64,000 nucleotides of DNA, taken from contig OZ024744.1 of assembly GCA_964016885.1 (NCBI GenBank), positions 37,324,001 through 37,388,000 of the forward strand, written 5' to 3'. A program made the position numbers and the translations under genes. The notes under the pieces were generated by a model. It saw nothing but the letters and a program-made list of their open reading frames with translations. It did no database searches and was not told where the DNA came from. Origin of the DNA: Eledone cirrhosa. Lineage: Eukaryota. Positions 13,209 to 27,900 of this stretch are shown in pieces. Within the stretch, counting starts at the first letter, position 1, and every line of letters begins with the position of its first letter.

Positions 13209-13814
13209 ATATGTTTTATATACATAATATATGTTTTATATACACACAAACTCACACACACACATACATATATATATAAAGAGAGAGAGAGAGAGAGAGA
13301 TACATACATAGACACATACCTGACAATATATATATAATATATGTATGTATATATATATATATATACATATGTATATGTGTGTATGTGTGTGTATGTTTGT
13401 ATGTATGTAAGTATGTGTGTATACATGAGTAGCGTGACATGTTCGATAGTGTGTGTTTAATAGTGTACATATTTGTGTGTAGTGATGTGAGTGTGGACGC
13501 TTATGGTTTAGATGTTGTACTTGGAATAATTACAATATTTTTATGCAGCAAGTAGCTGTTATTAGTTTTATGTTTCAAGGACGCCAACCTATATTGATGC
13601 TATATTCTGAATTAACTTAGAATTGTTTGTCTTGGCTTGTTTGATTTTGTAGTGTAGTGGCCTAGTTTATACATATTCTGATACCACATACAGGTAGGAA
13701 TGATGCCAGACTGTTGTATTCCCCCTAGTTTTTGTTACTGTTGTCAATATTGTATCACTTGCTATTCTTCTCAACAATAATGATAATCGTGATGATGATG
13801 ATGATGATGATGAT

Positions 13815-13848
<34 letters not shown>

Positions 13849-13850
<2 letters not shown>

Positions 13851-15491
13851 TCTTCCAGGGAGATAGCCTGTCCCCTCTGTTGTTTGTCCCTGCCCTGATG
13901 CCCTTGACCGTTATGCTGCGAAAAGTGAGAGCAGGATACAAGTTGGGAAAGGGAGAGCTTACCATCAATCACCTCCCCTTCATGGACGATCTTAAGCTCT
14001 TCGGGAAAAGTGAGAAGGAGTTGGATGTGCTTGTTGACACTGTCCGTATTTTCAGCAGTGATATATGTATGCAGTTTGGTATTAGTAACTGTGGAGTCAT
14101 TGTGATGAGGAGGGGTAAGTTGAGCAGAAGTAACGGGATCCAGATACCAACAGGTGAGATGATAAAGGAAATTGACTCTGAGGAAGGATACAAGTATTTG
14201 GGCATTCTGGAGGCTGATGGCATAAAGAACAAAAAAATGAAGGAATTGTTAAGAACTGAATACATTCGGAGAGTAAGGGGCGTATTAAAGTCACATCTGA
14301 ACAGCAGAAATGCCATAAGCGCAGTAAATTCCCGAGCTGTGTCTATTATTAGGTACAGTGCGGGAATTCTGAGATGGAATGTTGCTGAACAAAAAGAAAT
14401 GGATAGGAAGACTAGAAAGCTATTGACTATCTACAACATGTTCCACAAGAGGAGTGATGTCGATAGACTCTACCTAAGGAGATCTGAGGGTGGAAGAGGT
14501 TTTATTAGCATAGAGGACTGTGTTCAGATGGAGAAAAACAACCTATACAAATACGTGACCTATAGTAAGGAGCCAATGCTCAGAACTGTACTGAAGGAGG
14601 GGACAGTAGGCCAGGGGATGTCCAAGGAGGAAATAACATCAAGGAGGAAGAGCAGCCTTAAGGGAAAATCCCTTCATAGTACCTTCTTTGAGAAAACTGA
14701 ATTTAGAGATCCACAGACATGGAACTGGTTGAGAAGAGGAGACCTCAAAAAGGCTACAGAAGGAATGCTAATGGCTGCGCAGGAGCAGGCCCTCAAAACG
14801 AAGTGGTTGAAGCACCATATTTACAAGGAGGAGGCTAGCCCACTGTGCAGGATCTGTGGAGAGAGAGAGGAGACTGTGGCTCACATTGTGTCCGAGTGTA
14901 AACACCTAGCCCAGACCCACTATAAGGGCTGGAGACACGATGTGATGGGCAGGGTGATCCACTGGCACCTGTGCAAAGTAAACAATTTATCTCATTCTGA
15001 GAAATGGTGTGAGCATAGGCCAGAGGCGGTGATGGAGAACAATCAGGTGAAGGTGCTGTGGGATTTTAGGATACAGACGGACAAAAAACTGGAACACAAT
15101 AGACCTGACCTGGTGGTTGTGGACAAAGAAAAAAGATCGTGTCTGATTGTGGATGTGGCCTGCCCTTTCGAAACGAGAGTGCAAGAGAAGGAGAGGGAGA
15201 AAATTAACCGATACCAGGACCTAAAGTGGGAGGTGAAAAGGATTTGGAACTGCCATGAAGTCAAAGTGATCCCGATTGTCATAGGCGCACTGAGGACTAT
15301 CTCCAAAAGTTTCCAGGGATGGTTAAAGAAAATCAGCCCCTTCACGCTTTTTGGAACGCTTCAAAAGGCATGCTTGCTTGGAACAGCAAGAACCCTCCGA
15401 TACGTCCTGAATATCTGAGGCTGCAGGTAGTGGCTTGATATTCATTCCAACGGACTTTCCAGTTAACCAACATCAATGACTGAGATTCAAG

Positions 15492-15493
<2 letters not shown>
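13849..15493 (+). mobile_element. R4/Dong-clade non-LTR retrotransposon family A, 5'-truncated (open frame to 15418)
   Basis: IFQGDSLSP and FMDD RT motifs, CCHC CRICGEREETVAHIVSEC, RHD, PD..D and EK..RY REL endonuclease motifs; (TAA)n on both sides. Confidence 0.93.
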
Positions 15494-15580
<87 letters not shown>

Positions 15581-15581
<1 letters not shown>

Positions 15582-16874
15582 GTCAAGCACAGAGATCCGT
15601 AGGCTCGATACAAAAATCCGAAAATTCTTAACCATGCACAGAATGCATCACCCTAAGGCAGATATAGATAGAATATATCTCCCTAGGAAAGAAGGAGGAC
15701 GTGGGTTAATCCAGTTAGACATTGCGTTGAAAACTGCAACAATTGGATTATCCACATATCTAAGGGAATCACATGATTGGATGATCAAACTCGTTTTGAA
15801 ACACGAAAGCACCAAAAGATCATATTCCATTACAAAAGATGCACAAAGATACAGTAATGGACTACAAATTTCAGAAGTCCCATTTACTGCTGAAATGGAA
15901 AACACAGAAAAAGCAAAGCAGGTAAAAGTAACTGCAAAGAAAGAACTGCTACAGAAACTGGCTAAGAAATGGCAAGAAAAGCCTCTGTATGGAAAATACC
16001 CAGAACGAGCTAACAATCCTGATGTTGACAAAACTTTAACCCATCAGTGGTTGGCATCCTCTGGACTGAAATCGGAGACTGAAGGACTGATTATATCGGC
16101 ACAAGATCAGTGTCTGCCAACAAAAAATTACCAAGCCAACATAATAAAAAATAGGTGCAGCCCATTATGCCGTGTATGCAAAAAACAACCAGAGACCATT
16201 GACCATATAATTTCAATGTGCAGTCCTATAGCTCGAACCGAATACCTAAACAGGCATGACAGAGCTGCACAATACATACATTGGATAATGTGTAAGCATT
16301 TTGACCTGCCCCATCAAAAGAATTGGTGGGAGCATCAACCACCTCCCATACTTGAAAAAGATTACATCTCAATCTTGTGGAACTTTAGCATCCAAACAGA
16401 CCGAAAAATAGATGCAAATAGACCTGATATAATATTGAAGGACTTTCAAAGGAGGGTATGTCTGCTAATTGATATGGCTGTTCCAATAGACAAGAATGTA
16501 TCTATAAAAACATTTGAAAAATTGAGCAAGTATACGGACCTGGAGATAGAAATTGGAAAAATGTGGAAATTGAGAACTAAAACAATACCAGTGGTTGTAG
16601 GCGCTCTGGGAATGATACCTAAGGGGTCTAACGACTACTTATCGCAAATCCCAGGAAACCCGCGTATAGGAGAAATACAAAAGATAGTACTAATGGGAAC
16701 TGCCCACATACTAAGGAAGATCCTGTCAATATAAGTACATCACAAGTCTAAACACTAAGGATGCATGTGTGAATATGTATGTTCTTTCTTGAACATGGCG
16801 GACCTTGTTGTCTCTTGAGGTCACTGGTTGTGACTTGGTGATAACTCGTATAAACATAAAACAAGATAAATGCA

Positions 16875-16875
<1 letters not shown>
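15581..16875 (+). mobile_element. R4/Dong family B, 5'-truncated (ORF 15634-16734)
   Basis: CRVC..ETIDHI..C, RHD, NRPDI, EKLSKY motifs; nearly identical to 20761-22056; (TAA)n flanks. Confidence 0.93.
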
Positions 16876-16912
<37 letters not shown>

Positions 16913-16913
16913 T

Positions 16914-17120
16914 AAGAAGAAGAAGAAGAAGAAAAGAAGAAGAAGAAGAAGAAGAAGAAGAAGAAGAAGAAGAAGAAGAAGAAGAAGAAGAAGAAGAAGA
17001 AGAAGAAGAAGAAGAAGAAGAAGAAGAAGAAGAAGAAGAAGAAGAAGAAGAAGAAGAAGAAGAAGAAGAAGAAGAAGAAGAAGAAGAAGAAGAAGAAGAA
17101 GAAGAAGAAGAAGAAGAAGA
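16914..17120 (+). repeat. (GAA)n microsatellite
   Basis: Direct reading. Confidence 0.95.
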
Positions 17121-18099
17121 CGACGCACGAGGTGGTAGAAGGTCATGAAATCGCTCCCGTAAGTTTTTGATTTTTAACATATTTAAATCAATTGTGAAAT
17201 AACAATTCTTAGTACAAATGTTGCATAAACCACCGAATGAAGTCCCATAAAATTTCGGATCTATATTATATTGTTATATCGCTCAAATATTCAATTTTGT
17301 ATTATATATTTTGTATTCAAAAAAAGAAAATGGTTATCAATGGAAGAAAACACCCTCTGTCTACACTATATAGAACAGCTAAATAACAGCAATTTCACCA
17401 ACACCAGAAACTTGATACACCACCTATCCCATCACACTAAATATAAAAGCCAGATAACGGCAATTTCACCACCACCACCATCAATCCCGGCATGATAATA
17501 ATAATTACTATTATTATTGTCTCAAATTTTAACAAAATGTTTAATTCCAATTTTACCGGAATATGTCAACACAATATATATTAAACATACGAACACAAAC
17601 TCATAGATACTACATATCACAAAACCCAGTAACCACAACGCCACCGCCGCCACCACCCCATCCATCTTCTTGCTACCACTATCCCATCGCCGCCGCCACC
17701 ACTCCTTCATTGCTATCACCTCTATTCCCCTGTTAACTTGAGAGAGAAAGGGGAAGGTGGCGGTATCACTAGACAAGGGAGAGGCTAGCAAAAGATATAA
17801 ATAGATTGACTTAGTGACCTGGCCACCGGCCAAACGTCAACATCAACAACTATGGGACTGCTGGCTCACCCCTTCCTCACCAACAATATAAAAAGCCCCG
17901 GCACCACCACCGACATAGCCAACAACAATAACAGGCAACTACAGCAAAAAGTATATTATATTATTGTAATGCACTGGGTGATTGCTGGCCTTGTGCCTGG
18001 AGTGGAGACAATTATTAATAATTTCATTCTTAAGCCACGCAATGCTCACATTAAGGAACCACTCATGATAATAACAACTTAAAAAAAACAACAAAAAGA

Positions 18100-21000
18100 A
18101 AACCCCGTGACCAAGAAATACCGGGATGGCGGCCGGCGGGGAATAGCCGTGTCTCTAGGGGAGAACGACCCCTCTAGTCTTGGTTGACACTCGTTCTAGA
18201 AGAGGTAACACGAAATGATTACCCCTTGGCGGATAAGGATAAAACGCGACAAAATAAAGTAAATGTCTAATGATAAAATCTCATACCGGATCGGCCGTCA
18301 CCCGGGTAAAAAAGGGCCGCGTCCCTCAGAGAGGAACCAGACTGGGGTCGAAAAATCAGCTAATGGTTCAAACCTTCCCATCACTTCGGAGCTGGAGACC
18401 TCCCATAACCGGAATACTCCTACTGTTGGCCCTCCATGCTCACCACCAAGAAATCCAAAGAAAAAGAGAGAAAAATGGTCAAGGGAAGATAATAAAGAAG
18501 TCCTTGAGGCTTTCTACACTGCCATGTACTACCCATCAAATACATCGAATACAGAACAGACATATATCAACTGGAAAAAGAAACATCCCGAAAACAGAGG
18601 CTATATTGACAGTAACAAACTAGCCAATATACGAAGAAATATTGTAAGAAAAAACTTACTAACTGATATAGAAATTGATCAGATCAAGCTATTAGCACAA
18701 AGTCAGCGAAGGGAAAAGGAAACATGTGTCAGTGAAAACGAGGTAAACTGTAACACTTCGAACCCCAGGGTTGGGGCGGAATCACTGGCAACAGAACAAA
18801 TTAAAGAAAGGATCGAAAAAGTGGAGGGCGTGCATGCTCAGGATGAAACTCCAAATGAAAATATTGAGATCGTAAATGATAAAGAAATGAATGAGAATGA
18901 ACTTGCCAACTTGAAGGATGAAATTATGATCGAATGGATGAAAATGAAAGAATCTAACATGGGGCAACGAGACACCCTCCCTAAGATCCAAAACTCCAAA
19001 CAGAACCAAAAGATAATACACAAGACTAACATAATTCTCCAAAACATTATCATCACAAACAAACTAAACATTACTGATTTAAATCATCTCTATTATGCAT
19101 CGGCTAAAGTCACCACTCACTTATGTGGAGTGAAGATGAAAAAACAAAGGAATTCCCACAAGAAATCTACTTGGCAAGAGAACATCAATCGCCAAATAAA
19201 CCTTCTCCGATCTGACATAGAAATTTTAACAAACTATAAAGTAGGTGAACATGTTAAACAAACTAAACTTAGAAAATTGAAAAAAAAGTACAGTATAAAA
19301 TCAACATGTGACATAGACATGCTGATAGAAATAATCAAGCAAAAAGTGTCGGCCAAAGCTGCTCGTATAAGGCGCTTTGAAAAACGATCTAGATTCTATA
19401 AGGACAATAATATGTTCAAAAACAACCAAAGAAACTTCTACAGAAAAATTGGTAAATCAACAATAACTGCTAAATCAATACCACCCAAGGAGGAAGTGCA
19501 AGAATTCTGGGAAAAGATCTGGGCCGAAGAAAAAGTTCATAACATACATGCCCCATGGATAGACAGACAAATGAAAGATACAGCTCACCTTGAGGAACAA
19601 ATATGGGAAAATATAACAGTTGAACAGTTGCGCTTGGCTCTAAGAAAAACCAGCAAATGGAAATCCCCAGGAAATGACAAAATACAAAACTTTTGGATAA
19701 ATGCCTTCACAGAGTCTCATGAGCTGTTAGCCCAACTTTACAATGAAATAGTTAAGGCGCCAGAAAAGATAACATCATGGCTAGTTAACGGCATTACATT
19801 CCTACTTCCGAAGAATGATGAGACAAACAATCCCCAAAATTACAGACCGATAACTTGCTTGACCACAATGTATACAATTTTAACATCAGTCCTAACTGAA
19901 TACACATATGACCACCTGATAACAAATGACCTATTTCTCATTGAGCAGAAAGGGTGTAAACGAGGCTCATATGGCTGTAAGGATCAGCTTCTGGTTAACA
20001 AAATGATACTGGAAGATTGTCATATTAGACACAAAAATCTATCGATTGCTTTGATAGATTATAAAAAAGCATTCGATAGTTTGCCACACAGTTGGATTGA
20101 AAAATGTTTAGAGATTTTCAAAATATCCCCCGTTGTCAGGAAGTTTTTGTCATTCAGTATGAAGACATGGAAAACGACACTCCTTTTGAATAGTGAAACA
20201 AAATCACTGGAAGCTGGAGAAGTTAATATTAATTGTGGAATTTTTCAGGGTGACTCTTTATCACCGCTTTTATTCTGCATCGCACTTATACCATTAAGTG
20301 AAATGCTCAATGAAACAAAACATGGATATAAAGTCTATGACAAAAACCATTAATCACCTGTTCTACATGGATGACCTGAAACTATTTGCAAAAAATGATG
20401 AACAATTGCAAGGGCTATTATCCACTGTGGTGCAGTTCAGTGATGACATTAAAATGGAGTTTGGACTAGATAAATGCGCCAAAGCAACGTTCACCAGAGG
20501 AAAGCTGCTGAAGAGTTCAGACATTAATCTTGATCGGGGGAACGTGATAAGAGAACTTGATCAAGAAAAACTTACAAATATCTGGGTGTTTGTGAAGGAG
20601 ACGGAATCAAGCACTCGACAATGAGGGAAAGGATAAGGAAGGAATGTTACCGCAGAGTAAGAGCAATCTTAAGAACGGAATTGATTGCAAGGAATAGGAT
20701 CGATGCCATAAACACGCTTGCCATACCAGTAGTAACCTACAGTTACAATGTCATCAACTGGTCAAGCACAGAGATCCGTAGGCTCGATACAAAAATTCGA
20801 AAATTCTTAACCATGCACAGAATGCATCACCCTAAGGCAGATATAGATAGAATATATCTCCCTAGGAAAGAAGGAGGACGTGGGTTAATCCAGTTAGACA
20901 TTGCGTTGAAAACTGCAACAATTGGATGATCTACATATCTAAGGGAATCACATAATTGGATGATCAAACTTGTTTTGAAACACGAAAGCATCAAAAGATC

Positions 21001-22056
21001 ATATTCCATTACAAAAGATGCACAAAGATACAGTAATGGACTACAAATTTCAGAAGTCCCATTTACTGCTGAAATGGAAAACACAGAAAAAGCAAAGCAG
21101 GTAAAAGTAACTGCAAAGAAAGAACTGCTACAGAAACTGGCTAAGAAATGGCAAGAAAAGCCTCTGTATGGAAAATACCCAGAGCGAGCTAACAATCCTG
21201 ATGTTGACAAAACTTTAACCCATCAGTGGTTGGCAACCTCTGGACTGAAATCGGAGATTGAAGGACTGATTATATCAGCACAAGATCAGTGTCTGCCAAC
21301 AAAAGATTATCAAGCCAACATAATAAAAAATGGATGCAGCCCATTATGCCGTATATGCAAATAACAACCAGAGACCATTGACCATATAATTTCAATGTGC
21401 AGTACTATAGCTCCAACCGAATACCTAAACAGGCATGACAGAGCTGCACAATACATACATAGGATAATGTGTAAGCATTTTGACCTGTCCCATCAAAAGA
21501 ATTGGTGGGAGCATCAACCACCTCCCATACTTGAAAAAGATCACATCTCAATCTTGTGGAACTTTAGCATCCAAACAGACCGAAAAATAGATGCAAATAG
21601 ACCTGATATAATATTGAAGGACTTTAAAAAGAGGGTATGTCTGCTAATTGATATGTCTATTCCAATAGACAAGAATGCATCTATAAAAACATTTGAAAAA
21701 TTGAGCAAGTATAAGGACCTGGAGATAGAAATGGGAAAAATGTGGAAATTGAGAACTAAAACAATACCAGTGGTTGTAGGCGCTCTGGGAATGATACTTA
21801 AGGGGTCTAATGATTACTTATCGCAGATCCCAGGAAACCCGCGTATAGGAGAAATACAAAAGATAGTACGAATGGGAACTGCCCATATACTAAGGAAGAT
21901 TCTGTCAATATAAGTACATCACAAGTCTAAACACTAAAGATGCATGTGTGAGTATGTATGTTCTTCCTTGAACATGGTGGACCGTGTTGTCTCTTGAGGT
22001 CACTGGTTCTGACTTGGTGATAACTCGTATGAACATAAAGCAAGATAAATGCAACT
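18100..22056 (+). mobile_element. Near-full-length R4/Dong family B retrotransposon, inactivated
   Basis: Single ORF 18263-21913 broken by frameshifts (~20345, ~20565) and stops (20927, 21362); KSPGND, YRPITCL, DYKKAFD, QGDSLSP, YMDD, CCHC and REL motifs; (TAA)n tail. Confidence 0.95.
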
Positions 22057-22087
22057 GTAATAATAATAATAATAATAATAACAATAA

Positions 22088-22922
22088 GCAGCCTTCATGA
22101 AAAATCCCACCTTCTTTGAGAAAACGGAATTCTGAGATCCACAGACATGGAACTGTTTGAAAAGAGGAGACCTTAAAAAGGCTACAGAAGGAATGTTAAT
22201 GGCTGCGCAAGAGCAGGCCCTCAAAACGAAGTGGTTGAAACACCATATTTACAAGGAGGAGGCTAGCCCACTGTGCAGGATCTGTGGAGAGAGGAGACTG
22301 TGGCTCACATTGTATCCGAGTGTAAACATCTACCCCAGACTCACTATAAGGGCTGGAGACATGATGTGATGGGCAGGGTGATCCCCTGGCTGCTATGAAA
22401 AGTAAACAATTTACCACATTCTGAGAAGTGGTATGAGCATAAGCCAGTGTCGGTGATAGAAAACGATCAGGTGAAGGTGTTGTAGTATTTTAGGATACAG
22501 ACGGACAAGAAACTGGAACACAATAGACCTGACCTGGTAGTTGTGTGTGGACAAAGAAAAAAGATCGTACCTGATTGTGGATGTGGCCTGCCCATTCGAC
22601 ACGAGAGTGCAAGAGAAGGAGAGGGAGAAAACCAACCGATACCAGGACTTAAAGTGGGAGGTAAAAAGGATTTGGAACTGCCATGAAGTCAAAGTGGTCC
22701 CGATTGTCATAGGCGCATTAGGTACTATCTCAAAAAGTTTCCAGGGATGGTTAATGAAAACTGGCCCCTTCACGCTTTTTGGAACGCTTCAAAAGGCATG
22801 CTTGCTGGGAACAGCAATAACCCTCCGATACGTCCTGAATATCTGAGGCTGCAGGTAGTGTCTTGATATTCATTTCAAAAAACTTTCCAGTTAACTAACA
22901 TCAATGACTGAGACTCAAAGAA
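22088..22922 (+). mobile_element. R4/Dong family A, degenerate 3' fragment
   Basis: Aligns with 14650-15493 including the 3' UTR. Confidence 0.9.
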
Positions 22923-22929
22923 TAATAAT

Positions 22930-23857
22930 GCTTTCTTTATTAACCACAAGGGTTTACACACATTAGACATTAAGGACAGTACAGGACAATACAGGACAAT
23001 ACAGGACAATACAGGACAATACAGGACGGTACAAATGGGCATTTCTGCGTGTAAAAAAAAAAAAAAAAAGAACAGAGGATGTAATGAAAGAACAATGGAA
23101 AATTCCCCAATCGACTTCCGAGGGCCATCGTGGAGAAAGCCCATTAAAAAAAGCCACGGTGACCCTACCACCACGGCAGTTGTCCTCTCCCAGTTTTTCA
23201 CCTTCAATTTACAGGCATATACTCGGGCCATTTTGCCTCTCTCACCCATCTTTCAACAAAAAGCTGGGAAGAGAGCACTTCCCTCTCTACCCTGATTTTC
23301 CTTTTCAAATGAAATTAGAAAAAGTTAATCAGGACATCACCGAAGAGGTAAGTTGCCGTCTTCAGCCCTTTCAGATGCGTCCACCATACTATCTCTTTCG
23401 CCATGGCCACCAGACAGATAAAAACTGCCTGCCCTTCCGGCTAAAGAAAGAGGTCGGGGCAATCCTCACGATGGACTCAGCTGATAGCTGGATCCGTTCT
23501 ACACACGACAGCAGGTGTTCGACATAAACCCACAAGTCAGCAATGCTCGGACACTGGACGAGTGCATGCAGGACGGTTTCGTCGCGCTGCGCGCATCTCG
23601 GACATGCCCGGCTGACGGCACCTCCATGCCTGTAGAGTTTATCCCGAACGGGCAAGGCTCTTCGGTAGCACTGCCAGGCCAGGGATTTCTGGAAGTTGTC
23701 CATAGGCCCCGGCCCGAAAGTTCTTCCGAAGAGATTGGCTAGTTGATTTTCGTCGACGCCTAGAGTTTCTCCAAGTACGTCGTTGCTCTTCCTCTCCACT
23801 AATCCTATATAGAACGCCAAGGTGGAGTTTCCACCGATCACATTGCCCGATTGGACG
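22930..23857 (-). mobile_element. Tx1/L1-type LINE 3' fragment
   Basis: zf-RVT CPRC..DETVLHALVQC; AATAAA at the 3' end; (AAT)n on both sides. Confidence 0.85.
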
Positions 23858-23874
23858 AATAATAATAATAATAT

Positions 23875-24890
23875 GTAGCATCGTAGCATCAAATTGAGAG
23901 CAGAAACCTCTGCATGGAAAATATGTGGCCCGTAGCAATAAAGCTGATGTTGACCAAAAGCACACCCATCAGTGGCTACGTAGTTCAGGGCTAAAGGCGG
24001 AGAGTGAAGGCTTCAAAAGCTTATTGACTTGTAATTACCAAGCCAATGTGCTGAGAAACAGAATAAACCAAAAGTGCCGATTCTGCAATGCTGAGGTTGA
24101 AACAGTGGATCACTTAGTCTCTGGATGTAAATTTTTAGCACCAGTATAATACAGATATAGACATGACAGAGTTGGCCAATATCTACACTGGGTAATATGT
24201 CGGCATTACAAAATCAAAGCTGAAGACAAGTGGTACAATCATCACCCTGAGGCTGTAACTGAAGGAGAAAAAGTAACAATTCTCTGGGACTTTCCTGTAC
24301 ATACTGACAGGACCATAAAAGCAAATAGACCTGACATCATTATAAAAGATCAACATAGCAAGGTCTGTTTGTTGATAGATATGAGCATCCCATGTGATCA
24401 CAATATCGCGGCAAAAGAATTTGACAAGGTACGAAAATATAAAATCTGCTTATCGAAATTGAGAAAATGTGGCACCTCCAGGCCGTTACAATACCAGTGA
24501 TTGTGGGAGGACTGGGTATGATCAAGAAAAGAACAGAACAATATTTGCGAATGATTCCTGGTTTACCCTCTCTGCACGATATGCCAAAAATTGTTTTGAC
24601 TGGTACTGCACACGTATTGAGAAGAGCACTATCTCTGTAAGATTGATATCTCTCCTTGTATTTACATAGGCATATGCACATGTGCATATTCATATGTAAA
24701 TACACGGAGGGATATCAATCTTATAGAGATAGTGCTCTTCTCAATGTATGTATACTGTTTTATTTTTAATTACAAACAATGTGCTGTATTAACTGGCTTA
24801 CCAATGCACACTGTGAATTTATTTGCCCTAGGTGTCAGGAAGACACTCGGCATATATCTCAGAAAGAATAATGAAAGAAGAAAAAAATAA
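23875..24890 (+). mobile_element. Third R4/Dong family, degenerate 3' fragment
   Basis: KPLHGKY, CRFC..ETVDHLVSGC, RHD, NRPDI, GTAHVLRRALS* motifs. Confidence 0.85.
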
Positions 24891-24920
24891 TAATAACAAC
24901 AACAACAATGATAATAATAA

Positions 24921-27900
24921 CGATTTCATTTATTAGCCAAAAGGGCCGACATGTAGGGGACAATATAAAGACAGGGACAGTGGGGGTTTACAATAATGTC
25001 GCGTAAAAGTGCAAAATGGCAAGACTAATATAACAATGAAGATATAAAAATATAAAATAAACTAAGCATAAATATAACAAAATAAATTCCCTTATAGGGG
25101 GTGGACGACCCAGGGGTGTCTCTGGCACCCCACCAATCCTGAACCACCCTGCGCTTCTAGAGAGAACCCCTCTCCTCAAGTTAGCTAGCCTATAGGCGCA
25201 TGGTCAGAGTAGGCCCATTCACACGGGCCATTCTCGCCACATTCATCCACCTTTTAGCAAATGTACTGGGGGCAGCACTTCTCTCTCCACCCTCACCTTC
25301 CTTTCCAGGTGAAACTTGAAGAAGTTGATGAGGGATTGGCCGAAGAGAAAAGTGTCTGTCTTCAGTCCTTTTAATCTGGTCCACCATATAACCTCTTTCG
25401 CAACGGCCACCGGACAGAGGAAAATTGCCTGCTCTTCCTGACCTAAGAAAGGCGGTGGGTCGATCTTCACTATGGACTCGGCTGATAGCCGGATCCGTTT
25501 GACACGCGACAGTACCTGTTCGACATAACTCCACAAGTCAGTAATGCACGGACATTGGACAAGTGCGTGCAGAACGGTTTCTTCGTTCTGTGCGCATCTT
25601 GGTCAGGTCCGTCTAAAGCACTTCTGTGCCTGTAGAGTTTATCCCGAACCGGCAGTGCCCCCCGGTAGCACTGCCAATGGAGGGATTTCTGGAAATTGTC
25701 CATCGTCCTCGGCTCGAAAGTCCCCCGGTACAGACTGGTCAGTTCGACTTCGTTGAGGCCCAAATCTTCGCCGATTGCGTCATCGAACTTTCGAGAGTGG
25801 AAGTTCCACGGATCTAATTCCCGCTTGGTAGAGGGCAGTGAGTGCCTGGCAACATTCCCGGTGTCAGTCACCCAGTCTCGATCTCTTCTTGACCCAGGAC
25901 TGCAGCTCAGTCAAAGAAACGAGCGGCGGAAAGGCCCGTCTGATAAACGGCGACCACACCTGTTCACCGTTGAGGCAGAATATCTGGAGATGTCGCAGCC
26001 TCAACACATGTTTGCGCATCATTAGCCACGGCATGGCAAGCCCTCCGCATAGAGGGTGCTGGCAGCAGGTGGACCGCCTCACCAACGGAACTTGTCCTTT
26101 CCACAAGAAATTGAAGAGGATCCGTTCCAACTTGACGAGGCGCGGACGGAGGCAAGGCACGATGGTCAGGCGGTGGTAGATGACGGACGCTATTTACGCA
26201 TTCGCCACCTCCGCGTGACCTTTCAGTGAGAACTTCCTCTCAGTCCATTTTGGGGTGAGATTGGCTACTCTGCTCGTTACCTCGTCCCAATTATTTTCCT
26301 GCTGGAGGCCTGGTCCGAACCAAACCCCAAGCAACATTACCGTCCGTCCATCCAGCGCCCCACGATGCTTTCGACGCCATGGGCTTGCCTCTCCAGGTTC
26401 TGAGCTGCAAGCCCACCGACTTTTCCAGGTTAAGTTTGGCTCCTGTCAACCTTTCATATTCTTTCAATAAGGTGCCGACCACCTCGATTTCTGACGTGTC
26501 CCACACCATCACAGTGATGTCGTCCGCATAAGCCGACACCGCCTTTCCACGTCCCGGTCCGAGAGGGATGCTCTGCAACAGCTCCAGCTTCCGCAGTAAA
26601 GGCTCGAGTGTCAATACGTACAGAAGGGAAGACAGTGGGCACCCTTTACGGACCGACCGGGAGAGTCGAAATGGTTCCGAGAGGTGGCCATTAACCTTGA
26701 CCCATGAGCGTGTGCTGCTGTGCATTGCAGCGATCCAGCTTTTGAAGACAGGGCCGAAGCCAGCTGCTTTGAGGACAAACTCCAGATACCGATAGTCGAC
26801 CCTATCGAATACTTTCGATTGATGTAAATTGAACAGTACCCCACCGAAGCCAGGTTTACACCCTACCCACTCTATGATGTATCCCATGAGGTGGAGATTG
26901 TCGTGTATGGACTTGGCTGGAATGCGCAAGTATGCGCCTCCCCAACCAAATCCTCGACGACAAGCGCCAATCTCTTTGCTAACACCTTGGCCACAATCTT
27001 AAACTCTGTGTTGAGCAGAGTTATGGGCCTGAAGTTGTCTAATGTATCCCTCTTGTTCTCGTCTTTCTTCTCGTCACCACTCCCCTGCTCACAGAACTGG
27101 GAATACTCCCATTTTGCTGCCAGTTGCAGTAGAGTGCTTCGAGGAGTTCGGAGAACAAGTCTGGCATATTTACGTAAAGCTCGTAGGGCAGGCCATCGAA
27201 ACCGGGTGACTTGCGCCTCATGCGCCGACAAGGGCATCCTGAATTTCGGCTGAAGTAATCGACCTTTCGCAGCGCTCAGCGTCGACCGTCGAGATGCGCT
27301 GCAAGCCGTCAAGGTAGGGACTGAAATCCTCTACTCTCTCTGACTCGCCACTCTCCCTGAACAACCGAGCAAAGTGCTGGCGAAAGGCTTCACACATCCG
27401 CTTCGAATCGCTTATCTCGTGTCCATCTGGGTCCGCCAAAGACCGAATTATCGTTTTATTACCACGCTGCGCCTCCGCCACGTGGGTCCATCGAACAGCT
27501 TTGGTTCCCTCGTTTCTCAGCACACGCGCCTTAGCTCTGCCAATGCAACCTTCGTCTTTCGTATTGAAGAAATGGTATAATGCCATTCTCGCAGCTAGCA
27601 CGTCAGTTGCAATGCCACTACAAATAGCCTCGTCTAACTTATCTACCAGCTCCCCCTCCTTTCTATTTTTCTCTAACGCTAGTTCTTTGTTGAACTCTAT
27701 CGAAGTTACTCTAATCTCTCTTTTGAGAGCCCCCCACCATCTGTTGTTGATGATCCCCCTGTCAACTTTTGCTTAACTAAATTGTTGACTCCGTCCCTGT
27801 AAGCCTTATGTTCCGGATATGACATGTTCAGCTTCCATTAACCCGGTCTTAACCTGCGCGTTTTATCTAGGTCGACCGTACAGATCACAAATTTGTGATC

